Source: Chrysomallon squamiferum
Taxonomy: Eukaryota > Animalia > Mollusca
Reading direction: 5' to 3'
Assembly: GCA_012295275.1 (NCBI GenBank)
Contig: CM022672.1
Coordinates: forward strand, 29,202,001 to 29,266,000
DNA length: 64,000 nucleotides
Program-made: the position numbers and the translations under genes
Part shown: positions 11,901 to 58,490 of the stretch, piece after piece
How positions within the stretch are numbered: position 1 is the stretch's first letter
Layout of the letters: each line of letters opens with the position of its first letter
Notes under the pieces: generated by a model
What the model saw: the letters and a program-made list of their open reading frames with translations, nothing else
Databases searched by the model: none
Told to the model about the DNA's origin: nothing

Positions 11901-12820
11901 TGCTGTTTTGAGTTTTTACTGCTCCAGGAATTTTCTGGACATATTGCACATGTAAACAAGAGTGGTTTGGAAATAAATTAAAATGTATTGTACACAAATA
12001 AATAGCCTTTGAGTTCTTAACTTGGTGGTTTAGTTCATAATATTTATATATTTTACACAACATTTAAAAGCAAAACAATTATGTACATGTATTTGTTAAA
12101 TACACCCATATACAGTTTAATTAAAAGAAAACAGGAAAAAAAAAACCCCCAAAAATGAAAGTAAAAAAATAGAAACAAAAACTAATTAGAAATATAGAGA
12201 AAAAAAATCAATATAGAATACAAAATTCAGTATTTACATTAATTGAAGTTGGACATAATTTAAGTTAAAAACATTGAAATGTTTTTAAAATAAAAATTTT
12301 AAAATAGAAATGAATAAATTTATGTTAATGCCTGAATAAACACATTAGAAACAGATGTTTACAACTGATGTTTCTGTTACAGATAATCAGAAATAAATGA
12401 ATAATAATAAAATATATATTCATGAAAGAGAAATGTTTTGCTTTGAGTATTTCTTATTCATGTTTCATAAACAAAACAAACAATCAGAATTTCAAATACA
12501 ATACATAACAATACAGAACAATGCTTAGTCATAACCACTGAACTTTTATACAGAAAATAAATTTAGGTAATTTTTACATTCTAAAGGATATTTTTGTCAA
12601 TTTTATTATAATATAATCAACTATTATTTTTATTATTTCATTTTCTGGACTGTTTGGATTATTAATAAATTCTTCTTCATCTTTTATTATTTTTTGATAC
12701 CTGATTTTCATTTTTTTCTTAATTCTTTTTATTCCTTATTTATTATGTTTCATAGATACTTTTTTGTTTAATTTTTGGGGGATTTTTATTTTTTTAAATT
12801 TGTTTTAAATTTTTAAAACA

Positions 12821-12906
12821 AATGTCACTGTTAATAGTGTTATTTATTTTATTTATTAGTGATTATTAAATTATTATTTTCTTTTTTTTTAATTAAAATG
12901 TAGTAG

Positions 12907-12937
<31 letters not shown>

Positions 12938-13044
12938 GTTTAATTTTTACAGGAATGTAAATGTCACTGTTAATAGTGTTATTTATTTTATTTATTAGTG
13001 ATTATTAAATTATTATTTTCTTTTTTTTAATTAAAATGTAGTAG

Positions 13045-13100
<56 letters not shown>

Positions 13101-13122
13101 TTTAATTTTTACAGGAATGTAA
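12821..13122. repeat. Near-perfect ~140-bp tandem duplication whose copies differ in (AAT)n length
   Basis: AATGTCACTGTTAATAGTGTTATTT...ACAGGAATGTAA starts at 12821 and again at 12960. Confidence 0.93.
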
Positions 13123-14548
13123 ATTGATATTTATAAAAGGTTATATAGATTAGTATACATTTTAAAAATGTTTGTTTTATTATTATTATTATTAATTATA
13201 GCTGTGGTGGTAGTAGTTGTAGTAGTAGTAGTAGCAGCAGCAGCAGTACTAACAGACTAGTCACTCAGAGCATAATTATTATCTTTAACATATTAATAAT
13301 TATTATTTTCATTCTGTGTTGTACATGAAAATCATTAATGCCTACATCAAACAATATAAAAAAAAATACTACAAAAAAAGAAAGAAAGAAAAGTGAAACA
13401 AATTTCTATAATATTTTCTGTTTAATTAATGAAAATCAGGCTTATAAAGAAAAAATAATAAGTATTCTCATAAAAGCGTTTAAAGAAAAGAGGAATGTGA
13501 ATAATTTGGAAAGGGTATTTTGAATAATTAAAGAAATAAAGAAATATAGAAAAAAAAAATTATTTTAAACAGTTATTTGGGGAACAAAATTTAAGTCTTA
13601 AAAAAATTAAAAATTAAATAATAGTAACAAATTCTAAAAAAATATTGAAAGTCTAAGAAATGAGAAAGAAACAAATAGCAAAATCAAAGTAATATTTTAA
13701 CAGTTACATTACAACAGCTGAGTATTAAAAACACATATGGAACATCCACGAAGTTGGGAGCCACACAATATCCAATTCCAACCACATTCCCATCTCTGTA
13801 TGTCAGTCATACACATGTAATTATATTTTGCATATTTGATAACTGGACCATGCACAAACACAATTAAAAATCAATGTAGAGACAACGCCATATTGAATAT
13901 GACACAATTAGAATCTTCATTTGTGTTTTACATCAATAATTTTGATGTATTTACTGAATAAATTTGTTAATTGAAATAGTTTTTGAAAAGACATTTTGAC
14001 ATTTAACTGGAATTTAAAAACATAATATGGACAAATGTTTCAAGAAAACTCAGATTTAATGTTCCCTGATGGCAAACCTCCTTCTACACCTTCCCCTTGT
14101 TAACTGTAGCCAAATATCAAAACCCTAGGTATCTAAGAATTTAAACCTTTCTCACCTTCAAGAATATATATCAGTTATTTAAACAATTATCCAATTTCAT
14201 AAACTACATACCGAAAAAATTATCAAACCCTTTTCTCCTATGTACAGCACTAATTAACAAAATTCTAGCTCCATCCCACACAGTGATCCAATACTCCATC
14301 CCCCATTCTCCCACTTTGTGGATGATTCCATATATCAAAATATGTTGTAGTTGTTTATTTTTGTTCTCTCATATCAACTTTGGCACTTTATTGCATTCGT
14401 AGACAGCATTGCTAATGACAACAGTTTACATGCAGCAAACACTTCCTTGGTAAATCTGCCCCACCCACCCCAGCCCCCAGTCACAGAAGTCACATTCCGG
14501 ATGTTTCCCATGCAGTTCTAACAAGAGAAAACCATGCAGCATGCAGAC

Positions 14549-14556
14549 TCAACCAT
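14549..14556 (-). CDS. EVI5: Candidate alternative terminal exon of EVI5; adds DG* and then a 3' UTR
   Basis: Strong acceptor CCTTTCTGTTTCTTTGATTTCAG|AT GGT TGA, used with a putative phase-1 donor CCA G|GTGATA at 16431. Confidence 0.45.
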
Positions 14557-15138
14557 CTGAAATCAAAGAAACAGAAAGGTTAACAAAATAATTTTAATTT
14601 AATTTAATTTAATTTAATTTAATTAATTAATTAATTAATTAATTTATTTATTTATTTATTTATTAAGTAGAATCATTTTTATTAAATATACAGGATCATT
14701 TTGTTTCTATTTATAAATGATAAAACAGATTTATTAAACAATTTTCTATCCATTCAGAACATGGCCACCTAACTTCTGTCTACTTAAATTATTTTGGAAA
14801 TACTATATTAAAAATTATCTATTTAAAATAATTTAGTTTTCAGTTCTTGAAGCAGTTTGTACAGGTTGATTTAGTTTAATCTGAAATTGTCTACTTAATT
14901 TGCTTAATTTTCATTTTCAGCTTTAAGTGTCTGTTTAAACTTTTGTTAGTTTCTGCTGAAGTTGTCTACTTAATTTATTTAACATTTCCAGCCTAAATTA
15001 AACTTTTAATTTCATGTAGTCAATGTAATTTTAAATATGATTTCTCTTCAGTTTGTACATGTACTTGTATGTGTGTATGTGTCAGCTATGAATAAATTAA
15101 TGAATGTTTTAATGAATGCATGAAAGAATGAGTGAAAG

Positions 15139-15343
15139 TATCGATGAAAAGATGAAGGAAAGAATGAATGCTTTACAATATTCAAAAAAATAAAAAAAAT
15201 AAAAAAATATGAAAGAAATAGAAAATAATAATAATAATAATAATAAAACCTAAATTATCAATGAAAAGATGAAGGAAAGAATGAATGCTTTACAATATTA
15301 AAAAAATAATTAAAAAAATAAGAAAGAAGTAGAAAATATAATG

Positions 15344-15376
<33 letters not shown>

Positions 15377-15385
15377 TTAAAATCT
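15139..15385. repeat. ~117-bp tandem duplication
   Basis: TATC(G/A)ATGAAAAGATGAAGGAAAGAATGAATGCTTTACAATATT occurs at about 15139 and 15256. Confidence 0.85.
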
Positions 15386-16395
15386 GAAATAGGTATTGCC
15401 AACTACTGGCAAAAATATGATCTATGAAGGAAGTACAAAATATCCATACTGTACTGGACTAATAAATGTAATAACTCAGTGAATAGTGACCACTGTAGTG
15501 GTCACTTAGCAGTCACTGTAGGTACAGGAAATGACAGAATCATGTTGATAATAATTATAAAAACAAATTAATTTTTGAAAACCCCTGTTCTCGTGCATAC
15601 TTTATATGAATTATACAAAACAAAATCATCAAAATCCACAAAATAAAAACCCAACAAAAAACACTGGCCCCAAAACTAAAAATTAATGTGAAAAAAATAA
15701 AAAATAAAAAATAAAAATAAAAAATACCAAAAAATAAATAAAAATATTAAAAGAAAAAAAGAAAAAATGGAAAAAAAAAGGAAAATAATAAAAAAGAATA
15801 AATATTATTATCATTATTATTAACCATTTTAACATCTCTTAGCTGATGTTTTTGCATACAACAAAAAAGCAAACATGTTGCAAATGAGATACATCAATAC
15901 AGATTGAGGTTTCATGCAATACTGATGCACAGACACTTTGAAATAAAAGTACTTTACTACAATACTGTTATCAGTGATATGTCGCCTCCTGAAAGTAACA
16001 GGCTTTTGTATTGGCTGTTTGAATCTGAACAAACCGATCAGAAGGATCTTAAATAAAGAGCCTAAAAATAATCCATCATCACCATTTTCAGTTAGTGAAG
16101 ATTAACAGTCAAAATGGTGGTGGTGCTGATGTCATGATGATAAAATTGATGATAATGATGATGATGATGATGATGGTAATCATGTTATGTTGATACTGAC
16201 AATAATGGTAATGATATAAAAATTAATGATCTTTCTGATTATTTGTTGTAACTGTTGATATCTGTTGTTTGGCATACATTAACCGATCATGATAAAATGT
16301 TCCATTTTGTTTTAATAAAATATAGTCTTTATGAAATTTCTATTAAAAAAGTAATTAAAGTATAATTTTATTGTTTGATAAGAGTTTAGTTTCAA

Positions 16396-47951
<31,556 letters not shown>

Positions 47952-48497
47952 GGAAACCGCTGAGTGGAGTCCTTGAATGGGTGGCCTTAGCCATCGACTA
48001 CATGTATTTGAGAAAGACTGAAAACCAATTTCAGATGATAACATTAATAACAGAATTGATGGTTTCATCTATTCTTAAATATTCTCTCTATTAATACTTT
48101 AAAAATAAGAAGGAAAGTAAAAGAACTCCATATTTATCATGTTATATGTAATTAAAAGAAATTGATATAGAACATGAAATATAAAGACTAAAAGAAACTT
48201 CAAGTCTCTCTGGAAACTGATTTTAATGGGAGAGTAGTTCAGTGGGAATACTGCAGAGGCTGAACCTGTGAACATGCAAGGTATAACAAAATAAACTGTT
48301 TCTATCTGACAAGCTGTACAAATATCAGGGTGAAGTGTCACTTCTGAAAAGGATCAGCAGGATATCCACTAATGTAGGTGTCAGATCCTGTAAACTACTG
48401 AAACTCTCTAGACTCTCATTGTAAAGTCCAGACACTGCCAATTTTATTACTGGTCAAATTACTGGGTCCCTGAAATATTAACTGGCTATGAGCTTAT

Positions 48498-48776
48498 GGA
48501 GAAAGAAAATGTTCCCCTGAACAATGCACTTAATAAATCTTATTTTATTTGACAGTGAACATTTGATTAAGGACCATGCAGATAACAAGATCAGCTTGTG
48601 CTGTCAATTCACAGTCTATTCTTTACTGTTAACAGCTTCTACAGGTATTTTATACGCACCATCCCCACAGACACAACAGAAATTCATAGTATTTTAAACT
48701 GAAATTCAAAGACAATATTTAGATATTTGTACATAGATTTAGTGGACATCCTACATGCCATTTTCTTTACCTCTCA

Positions 48777-48818
<42 letters not shown>

Positions 48819-48995
48819 CACAATACAGCTGAAGTGGAATCTATTGAAAAATGCTACCAGTTTTTGTTTCAACCTGATACATTCCACTGCCTTTGTTACA
48901 TCAGTTGTTGAGCAGAGAGAAAACCTCAGTGAGACAAGTAAAAGGGAATGATCCAGTGACACATGACACTGAGTGGGTAGTCTACAACTACTCAA
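48498..48995 (-). mobile_element. Decayed SINE copy, apparently interrupted by a ~200-bp insertion (about 48678-48878)
   Basis: The + strand reads as the reverse complement of the SINE: TTAAGGACCATGCAGATA, TTTTATACGCACCATCCCCACAGAC, then resumes at ACATTCCACTGCCTTTGTTACATCAGTTGT. Confidence 0.6.
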
Positions 48996-49569
48996 TGAAC
49001 TTTGAGACATCTTGCAAAGTGTGGTGAATTAAGATGTAAGACAGATAAACAGCAGCAGCAGACTGTGTTTATGCACAGTGTTGAATGAAGACAGTAATTG
49101 TGATGTACAGTGACTGATGAAACACACACAACAGATCACTCAATCGATTTAAATGTTTTTAGTCCAACATCATGGAAACATGGAAGCAGCTGTCTCCCCA
49201 ATAATTTAACACTGACAATAACATATGAAGGATTTTTTATTTGTATTGCAAAAATAGTCCAGATCCAAAATCAGTTTTGTCATTATAGATCAGTATTAGA
49301 TTTTCTATAGATCTACATAATTAATGTTCTTATCCGATATCCCTTCCATGATGTGCTCATTAGTCACTGATAAATTACCTTCTTTCTTTTTACATCAACC
49401 TTAATTTATATAAAACAGCAACAACATATTAATCAGACTGTCCAGAAGCCATGAAAATCATTTTTGCAGTATTTGTATTTAAACATTTTCAAGGGTGAGC
49501 ATGCCTCTACACCTCCTTGAAATCAGCATCATTAGTCCACCATCCTAATGTCACAATCATTCCAGTCAC

Positions 49570-49900
49570 CCTCAGATAACACTGACGATAACATTTCAGA
49601 ATGTATCGTATGTTAACACTGGACTGTTCCAAAACATGTCAGACTGTACTCCATGTTAATGTAACATTTCATAATGATCCAAACACGTCAGACTGTACTC
49701 CATGTTAATGTAACATTTCATAATGATCCAAACACATTTCTGACTGCATCTCACACTAACATCACATTTAGTATAACCCAAAAATATTTCATATGCATTT
49801 CACATTCCAACAGTATTTCAAATTAATTATCTCATGTATATTAATGCAATTCATACTGACCACAACATTTCAGATATCAATAACTTTGAAAATATCCCAC
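49570..49900. repeat. ~50-bp tandem repeat: two near-identical copies plus decayed flanks
   Basis: GTCAGACTGTACTCCATGTTAATGTAACATTTCATAATGATCCAAACAC at about 49638 and 49687. Confidence 0.85.
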
Positions 49901-50680
49901 TTAACGCATTTCTCACTATACTTCTAATGTCTCACACAGTGTCTCACAATAATCATATTCAAACTAACCACACACTTCAGACAATCTCTAGATGACATTT
50001 ATTATTATGATGATGATTATTATTATTATTATTATTGTGTGCTGTTTTAAAACCCCCAGACTATAACCACATAGTTAACAGTTAATAGCTGGAAAGGAAA
50101 CAACTGCAGGTAACTGTTATGGAGTATTTCCTACAGGTTTTTCATCTCAGGGGGTTACTCCCACTGTGCTAACTACAGATAGTTTCAAGTATTTAACAAA
50201 AATAACAATAACAGTTATAAATATAATTTTACTTTTTTTATAAACATTTACTGTGTACCAATTACAGTCAATAAAAAAAAAAAAAATATATATATATATA
50301 TATAAATAATAATAAAAAATAAAAAATAAAGATAAATAAATGAAATAAAATGAATTGAAATAAAATGAATTAAAATAAAATGAAATAAAATAAAATGAAA
50401 TAAAAAGAAGAAACTAAAAAGAAACAGTTCTGATTCTGGTTGTTTAAACACTGTATTTTTAAATTTTTACTGTTTTAATTTTATTATTATTATTATTTTA
50501 ATTTAAATGTTTTAGTCATTTTTTGTTAAATTTTACTCACAGGCATCACAAGTAAAATCTTAAGAACATTTCATATATATAAGTGTCCTGATACACACAC
50601 ACTTTTTCTTTCTAATTGAGATTTGTTTTATTTCTTTTTGAGGCCGTGCATTAACAACTTTTAGAAATAATATAGCATAA

Positions 50681-50714
<34 letters not shown>

Positions 50715-51589
50715 GTATTTTTCCTTTTAAAGATTCTTTATATTAATAATAATAATAATAAAGTAATACAATGATAGTAAAAAAAAATCCTTATTCAGAT
50801 TTAAAAATAACTGAAGTGAAAATTCCTCTACTGAATAATAAATATATCACACTTACAAATCCAGTGTAGATGTAATACGGTTGTGACTATATGAGGTAAG
50901 CCACACAGATATCCGTGGCCAGTAATTGTGTGAACACAATAAGAAAACTGTGCAAACACAAGAAAATAAAGGAACAGGTTTTTTTCTTTTAAACAGCAAC
51001 TTCAATTTACCTGTAAAAACATCTTGGCAGGAGAGTATTTTAAACTAGTGTCGTTACAGAAAATGTACAGTCACGTTTTCATAACACACTAATGAAAAAA
51101 ACAAAGATAAAAGAAGAAGAAAAAATAATAATAATAAAAATAAACAGTAAAAAGAAAGGAATTTTTTTACTTTTTGTAATAATGCTAGTATTTAAAAATT
51201 ATTTTCTACTGTACACAGTAATGATTCTAAAAATCTTAATACAGTAATGAAAAGAATTAAAATGAAATAAATAATAATAAAAAAACAAAAAAATAAAGAC
51301 TTTTATAAATAAAGTGTTAAGTACCACAACTGGTACAAATTATTTAGTTATTTGAATTAAAGAAAATAAAAGTATGAATGATTTATTTTTATCAGTTTAA
51401 CAAGACAGGTATCTAAACGTTTATATGTCAAACATTCAAGTCATTTTCTTTTATCTTTTTTTTTTTTAAGGTTGTTATTATTATGTTGTTTTTTTTCAAT
51501 ATAAAATAATAATGATATAAAATGACTTCTAAGGAAAGTTACTGCCAAAGTAGTAAAAGTTTCCACAAGATTAGTTGATACCGAGCCTG

Positions 51590-52725
51590 TCTACTGGACA
51601 GATACAACATGACAATACTTCAGATTATAACTCAACATGCTGAAAACAGTCTGAATTCTGACAGCTGATAATGTACTGACAAGGTGACATGATACATCAT
51701 CATACATTCTGTTGTAACTCAATATACAGGCCTGCTGATGAAACAGTCACAGTGGGTAACAAGGAAGTCAAAATACTGACTACTATTAATATAGTCATGA
51801 ATTTATGTGATATATCAGATATTCTGTTATAACTATGTATTCCGTGACTGCTCAAAAAGTCACTAGTGACACAGAGAAAGTCTGAATTTTGACAACTGTT
51901 TATGAATTCATGATGTTATGTGATATATCGGGTATTTCTGTTATAACTATGTATTCTGTGACTTGAGAAAAAGTCACTAGTGACACAGAATTTTGACAGC
52001 TGTTTATGAATTCATGATGTTATATTATATAAATCACAGATTTTGTTATAACTCGGTCAAAATTGTGACAAATATTTTTGTATTATTAATGAGTTATATG
52101 ATCATCACTGTATCAAAGATTCTCTAATAAACTGCGACTGCTATTGGAAAGAAGAAGTTAAAACCATGACTACTTTTGATGTATTCGATAGTGACTATGG
52201 GCATCAAAAAAAGTCAAAATAGATTGGATGATATGACGTATCAAAGATCTTGTTACAATCAATAAATTGTGACTTCTGAAACACTCATTTTGGATTAACA
52301 GGAAGCCAAAATTGTGATAACTATTTATTAATGAGGTTATATGATGTATCAAAGATTCTCCAATATATTGTGACTTTTTAAACAGTCACTATGGTATCAA
52401 AGAAGACAGAATTGTGACAGGTTATGTGATATATCAAATATTTTATTTAATATACTGTTAATCCTGAAACAGTGACCATGAGAAAGACAAAATCACTATT
52501 AATGCATTCATGAATGTTTATGATATATCAAAGATTTTGTTTTAATTCAATATAATATTGTGACTCTTGAAATAGTCACTATGGGAACAAAGAAGTGAAA
52601 ATTGTAACAAGTGTTAATATATTTACATGATGTTTCAGTCACTCTGTTATAACTCAATTTTCTTGTACTGCTGGTGTTGTCACATAAGGTAACAAGTAAA
52701 TCAAAACTGTGACATGGTATTCAGG
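51590..52725. repeat. Degenerate ~105-115-bp tandem repeat, about 10 copies
   Basis: Recurring TTATGTGATATATCA...TTCTGTTATAACT...GTGACT...AGTCACTA...AATT(T/G)TGACA; palindrome GTCACTAGTGAC in two units. Confidence 0.85.
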
Positions 52726-55700
52726 ATGTTATTTCTTCTTCTTCTGTTTTTTTTTTCAAGACAGTAACTGAAAAGGATTATTATTATTATTATTTTTATG
52801 AAGTTGCAAATTCAGATGAGTTTTCAAATAAATAAAATAAAATACTCAAGGCAGGAAAGTATTCTAAATATTTTTCTATTAAAGGTAACAGGTGGTGAGT
52901 GAATCATACATTTTTGAACGATAATATACGTGTAAGTTTTCTAAAACTGTACAAATACAAATTGCAGAATACATCATTTACTGAAGACAGAATATAAAAT
53001 AGTCAGCTGGATACATGCCAACTTGAACTTGTAAAGTCAACTTTAAAATTCAGCCATTTCACCAGACTATAAAATGTGTATGTAGCCAACTTTGCATTTC
53101 CATGTAAATAAATATATTAAAAAATTGACACTAATTCATTCATGCATGTATTTCTGTATGTTTATTACAAGTGTAAATATATGCATAACAGTGCTTTTAT
53201 GTACAGAATTCTTTCATGCTATATGTGTGTGTGTATACATGTATGTATGTTTCTCAGTGTGTGTGTGTGTGGAATAAAAATCAGTTACTGCTACAGCTAA
53301 AGAAAGTGGATGTAATTACATACACTGATAACAATAACCTGATTTAATAAACAACTGTAGCAGAGTAATATATTTTAATTATACAAGCATAACAGTCACT
53401 GAAAATAATGACATACAGAGAACATAATTAAACTTGTGACCTTTAGTGCAAACATCCACACACACAGAGATTCATTCATGTATATATGTAGATATACAAG
53501 GAATAGAAAAGGTATGTAGATCTATCAAATAATTAAAAAAAATAAAATATAAATTAAAACAAATTATGATGTAAAATAATGAATATGGATACTAGTATAC
53601 ACACAAAACAACATCCTTAACCACAAAATAAACATAAATAAGAAAAAGATAGTATAATAATAACAATAATAATAGTATCATCATCACCATCCTATTGCAA
53701 AATTAATAAACATTTTAATGTTGGCTAATGTTTGTTTACTTGTAAGATACTGAAAGTAACAAACACAGGGTTTAAAGAAAACATACAACTTCTGTAAACA
53801 AAGTACTCGAAAAAATTAATTTGTTAAAACTCATTTTTCTTGTATTTAATTTACTTGAATCTGCAGCTTTTGTCCATGTGACAAGATGTCAAATTTCAAT
53901 TTTATAATGTTATTGTCTTTCACTTTTTCAAAATTTAATTATATATTTATTTATTAAATATTTATATATTTAAACATTTATTCTAAACAGACACAAATAT
54001 TTCAAAAAATACTTTGATAAATAATTTAATTATTTACAAGGTACGAGGTATTTTCAATATATACAAACGCAACTAACAGCAAAGGTAACTTAAGTCATCA
54101 TCATTCCTGATTTGTTCTTATCAGAACTACAAAACCAATGAAGGTCAAAAGAACATAGATTTTGTTATTTTAACCAGGAGACTAATTTGTAAGACTAAGA
54201 GCCACAAAAAACAATATACAAAACACATTTAACAGTGCTAATGCCAAGGATATCATTTTATCTGAACAAAAAATCTGAAATCAATAAGGGATGGTTTGTA
54301 TGTGTCTGTGTCTGTGTGTATGTAGACATATACATATATACATACATATATATGTGTGTGTGTGTGTGTATGCATATGAAACACATACTTCATTAATTAT
54401 GTGATGTGTGTGTGTGTGTGTGTGTGTGCGCGTGCATGCATGTGTTCTGTAAATATATGCTTTAACACATTTATAATACACTGGTATAAAACATATGAGG
54501 GAAGGAATACACTATTAATTATTTATAAACACACACACACAAAAGGAATGGACATTCTTTAAAAATACTTTACAGTTCCCAGTAATTATTTTCTTGTTTT
54601 TAAACTGTCAACATTAATAACAAAGTGTAACACTTCACTTATACAGTTAATTGAGTTGTGATGACATCACCTACAATGCAGGCCTGTAGCTGATGTTTTT
54701 TTGTTGTTGCTGTTGTTTTTATAACCTAAAAATAAGTTCACAGCTGTGTGGTCCATGATGATGTCACCAGTGTAGAAAATGGCAGTGTTAGGATGTATTT
54801 TTAATTTATTTTTTCATTGTTATATTTTGTTATTTATTTTATTTGTGACATGAAAAAACAAGCTACAAAATATGTTTCTTTATATCACAAAAGTCCACTT
54901 TAAGAAACTGTTTTGATTTTGTTGGATATATTAATACAATTCAAGTATTCCTTTGATGTAACGTTCACATACCTTTATACATTTTATTCCTACCATTGTT
55001 TAATTTGTTACTTTCGACCATAATAATAAAGTATAAAAAGATAAATAGATAACCATGTCCTTCTACTTGAGTTATTGCATACAGAAAAATGTAAAAATAT
55101 GTTTAGAGTCCAAATTTATCGACTTTAATGTAGTGACATCTGATCAATCTTTGCTGATAATTAAGTATTACATTCTTGTAAGGATACATTAAGCTGACAT
55201 TTTAAATTATTTATCGTGACATTTGTTTTCAAACTGGAAAATGAAAAAATATATCAACAGACTGTCTTGTAATCACGGCAAAGCTACATGTAGCTTGGTT
55301 TATTAAGATTTTAGTACTGCATAGCATGTCAGCGAGGTTTCCCTGTCACCATACGTTAGATTTAAACTTGCCGGGGGCTGAAATTACTTACACACCAAAG
55401 TGTTATTGATCAACAGACGTCTGGCAGCGTCAAGTTAATATCTTACAGTAGTTTTTATCAGAGACACTTAATGTGAAAATATTTAATATGAATCAGTAAC
55501 AGTGACTATGATGATGATGTTAATATTATGAAAATAATTATAATAATACAGTATAAGGTAATAATTCCACCACGCACATAAATACTTATAAGCACACAGG
55601 AATGCATGTGTCGTGTGTGTGTGTGTGCGTGCGTGCTGGAAGTTAAATTAAAAATTATACATGTACAAATTAATTTTTAACAATTCCCAGCACACTCATG

Positions 55701-56629
55701 TAACTTACATACCTGTATGTTTATATGTATTTTTAAAATGAAGAAATATATTAAATGTATGTCATGCATATTATTCAATCTCATTCCTGATTCAAAAAGC
55801 TATATATATCTGAAATTATATGTCCATTAACATTAATGTGTTGAGAAGTCAATTGTATAAATACTCTTATTTCCAACAAAGAATGCACCTGTAACATATT
55901 TAAATTTTTTTTTAAATTAACCAATATTTTGCTGACATATTATGACTAATGACAGTAATAGATCGGGGCAAATTATAACATGTTAGAATGAAACTATTTG
56001 AATGTTTAATTAGGAATGGAAGTTGTAACACTTATTACTGCTCATGTGTACATGTGTGCTGATACAACTGTTTGAATAGGTACAGGAAATATGCAGAGCA
56101 TTTGAGCTGAGAGAGAGGAAACTGGCAGATTTGTTAACATGTCAAAACCACTGTGTTGACAACTGAAACATCAGATGACATGATTAGGTTCCATTAAAAA
56201 TACTTAATTTGTGAACATGCAATACAAGCTGACAAAATATGTTTTGTGAAACGTAAGTGTTTAATTTATAAAATACACAGACCAATGTGAATTCAGTGAT
56301 ACAGAATGACACATTTCAAACAAACACATGCATGAAATACATTCAAACTCACATTCCCAAACACACACAAACACACGTATATACATATATATATAGTAGA
56401 TGGAACAATCATCTTTAACCTTGCTATAAACAATTACTCTGGATACCAAACATAATAAAAGCAGTAAATGTATAGTGCAGTATTTTTTGCACAGAGTATC
56501 ATCATAAATAATAAATGTTTATTAGTGCAATACAGCCAGTGATCACCAGTTGTTACACTTTACAACAGAACATTAAATTGATATGAATAACAAAGCAATC
56601 GTTTGATGATACAGCATTATAAAATTAGC

Positions 56630-56665
<36 letters not shown>

Positions 56666-58441
56666 AATATGCATACTGTTTACCAAAGCACATGTAGATA
56701 CAAATTCATAATGCATGCAAACAGAGAGAGAGAGAGATACAAACTGACACATTTATAACTGTGTTTATGTGCATGTACAAAAACACATCTGCATGCACAT
56801 ACATATTTTATAATGATAAAATAAAACAACTACAGATTACAGTGTCAGACAGCAACAGCATTCACAACTACACTGTCAGATACAACAACTTCCACAAGAA
56901 ATGCTGCTATCAGGTTAAATCAAGTCTACAGAACTGACAAATTAGTACTGGCAACTTCATTTTAAAACCTTCTCTGGAGAAAAACAGGTTTTGACAGCAA
57001 TCAATACACAGACTGAGGTGCTGTTAATGACAGTCACCAATACACTGCGGGTCCTGCTTATATTTAAAATATTGTCAAAGTAATGATGACAGTATGTCTC
57101 TAATATTCTCCATGTATGGTTTATGAAACACGGTCAACTGATTATTACATTACTGATATATAGTACAGCCAGTAGATCCAGTTTTTAAAAATAATGATGA
57201 TGATGACTCTATGGTAACTAATAAATTTGTATGTCCAGTATTTTAAAAATGGTAAAAATAATGATATTGTGGTCACTAATAATGATGTGTATATTCAGTT
57301 TATAAAACATGGCCTACAATTAAAATTAAAGAAGTTAGGTCATTAATATACATGTCCAGTTTATAAACTTAAAACATGGCAAAAATGAATATCAACAAAG
57401 AGACATTAATAACACCTGACAGAGTGGTCATTAAGATGCATCCAGTTTACTTCATATCAATAAAATCAATCAGACAATCAATTTATAAACATAAAAGTAT
57501 GTTATAAAAATAGAAGATTTATAATATACCTCAACTCATTACAATATTAATATCATTAATATCACTGTTAAATATAATAAATAACATAAATAATGATATA
57601 AATGAAGAAAACGGCATTCTTAAAAATGTTTTGGGTTCCAACATCTGCAGAGGAAACATCATAGGCACAACCATATTTGCATGATCACCAGATACTTCAT
57701 GGAATAGGGTCAGCTTATATTAATTATGTTTTTCTGTTGTGTTAACTTTTAAACTAGAAATTCCATGTCAAAATAAAATTAAAAAACAAAAAGTGGAAGT
57801 TTAGCTCAGCAGCAGCCAAATGTTCAAAGCTTTTGAGTTTTTTGGTACAAGTGATTCAAGTAAACAGGTATGATTAGCCACAACACAGAAGTAATGGCAA
57901 CGTCCATGAAAACTTGATCAAAATTATGGTGCCCATACAACATTTCTGATTAAAACAAAAAGGAAAACTTGCTGTGCCACAAACAAATTAAAACTTGAAA
58001 CCTTTATTAATGTGTATGTATGTTTGTGCATGTATGTATGTGTTTGTGTGTGTGTGTGTGTGTGTAAATAAGTAAAATAAAAATGTAAGTTTCTAAGAAA
58101 TAAAATAAGAATAAATAAAAAAGACTTTAAGTCAATTAACTATACAATCATAATTTTTTTTTTATTGAGTCAGAAATCCCACTGACCTCTTTACGTTCAA
58201 ATAACCTATTTTCTTTGCACTTAAACAATAATAAATAAATATTGGATAATGGACAAACAATAAAAAAATAGAAATAAATTATAAATAATAGCGATAGATA
58301 AAAAGCATTCCTGTTGTTTAATGACTTAGACAAAATGGCTGTATTAGAAATCTATAAATATATTTATAGTGCAATGCAATCTGGCAAAATGAGTCATGGT
58401 TAAAATTCAACCTGTTGCTTCAGTTACTAACAGTATTTGAA

Positions 58442-58490
<49 letters not shown>

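Noticed and set aside
47952-48068. ATG 48068 (MKPSILLL...) as the EVI5 start or a signal peptide
   Set aside because: It lies upstream of a good acceptor at 48017 in intron-like sequence, and EVI5 proteins are cytosolic.
51005-51022. Sense-strand recursive splice site TTTTTACAG|GTAAAT
   Set aside because: The pyrimidine tract is short and the match is expected by chance in a 15-kb AT-rich intron.
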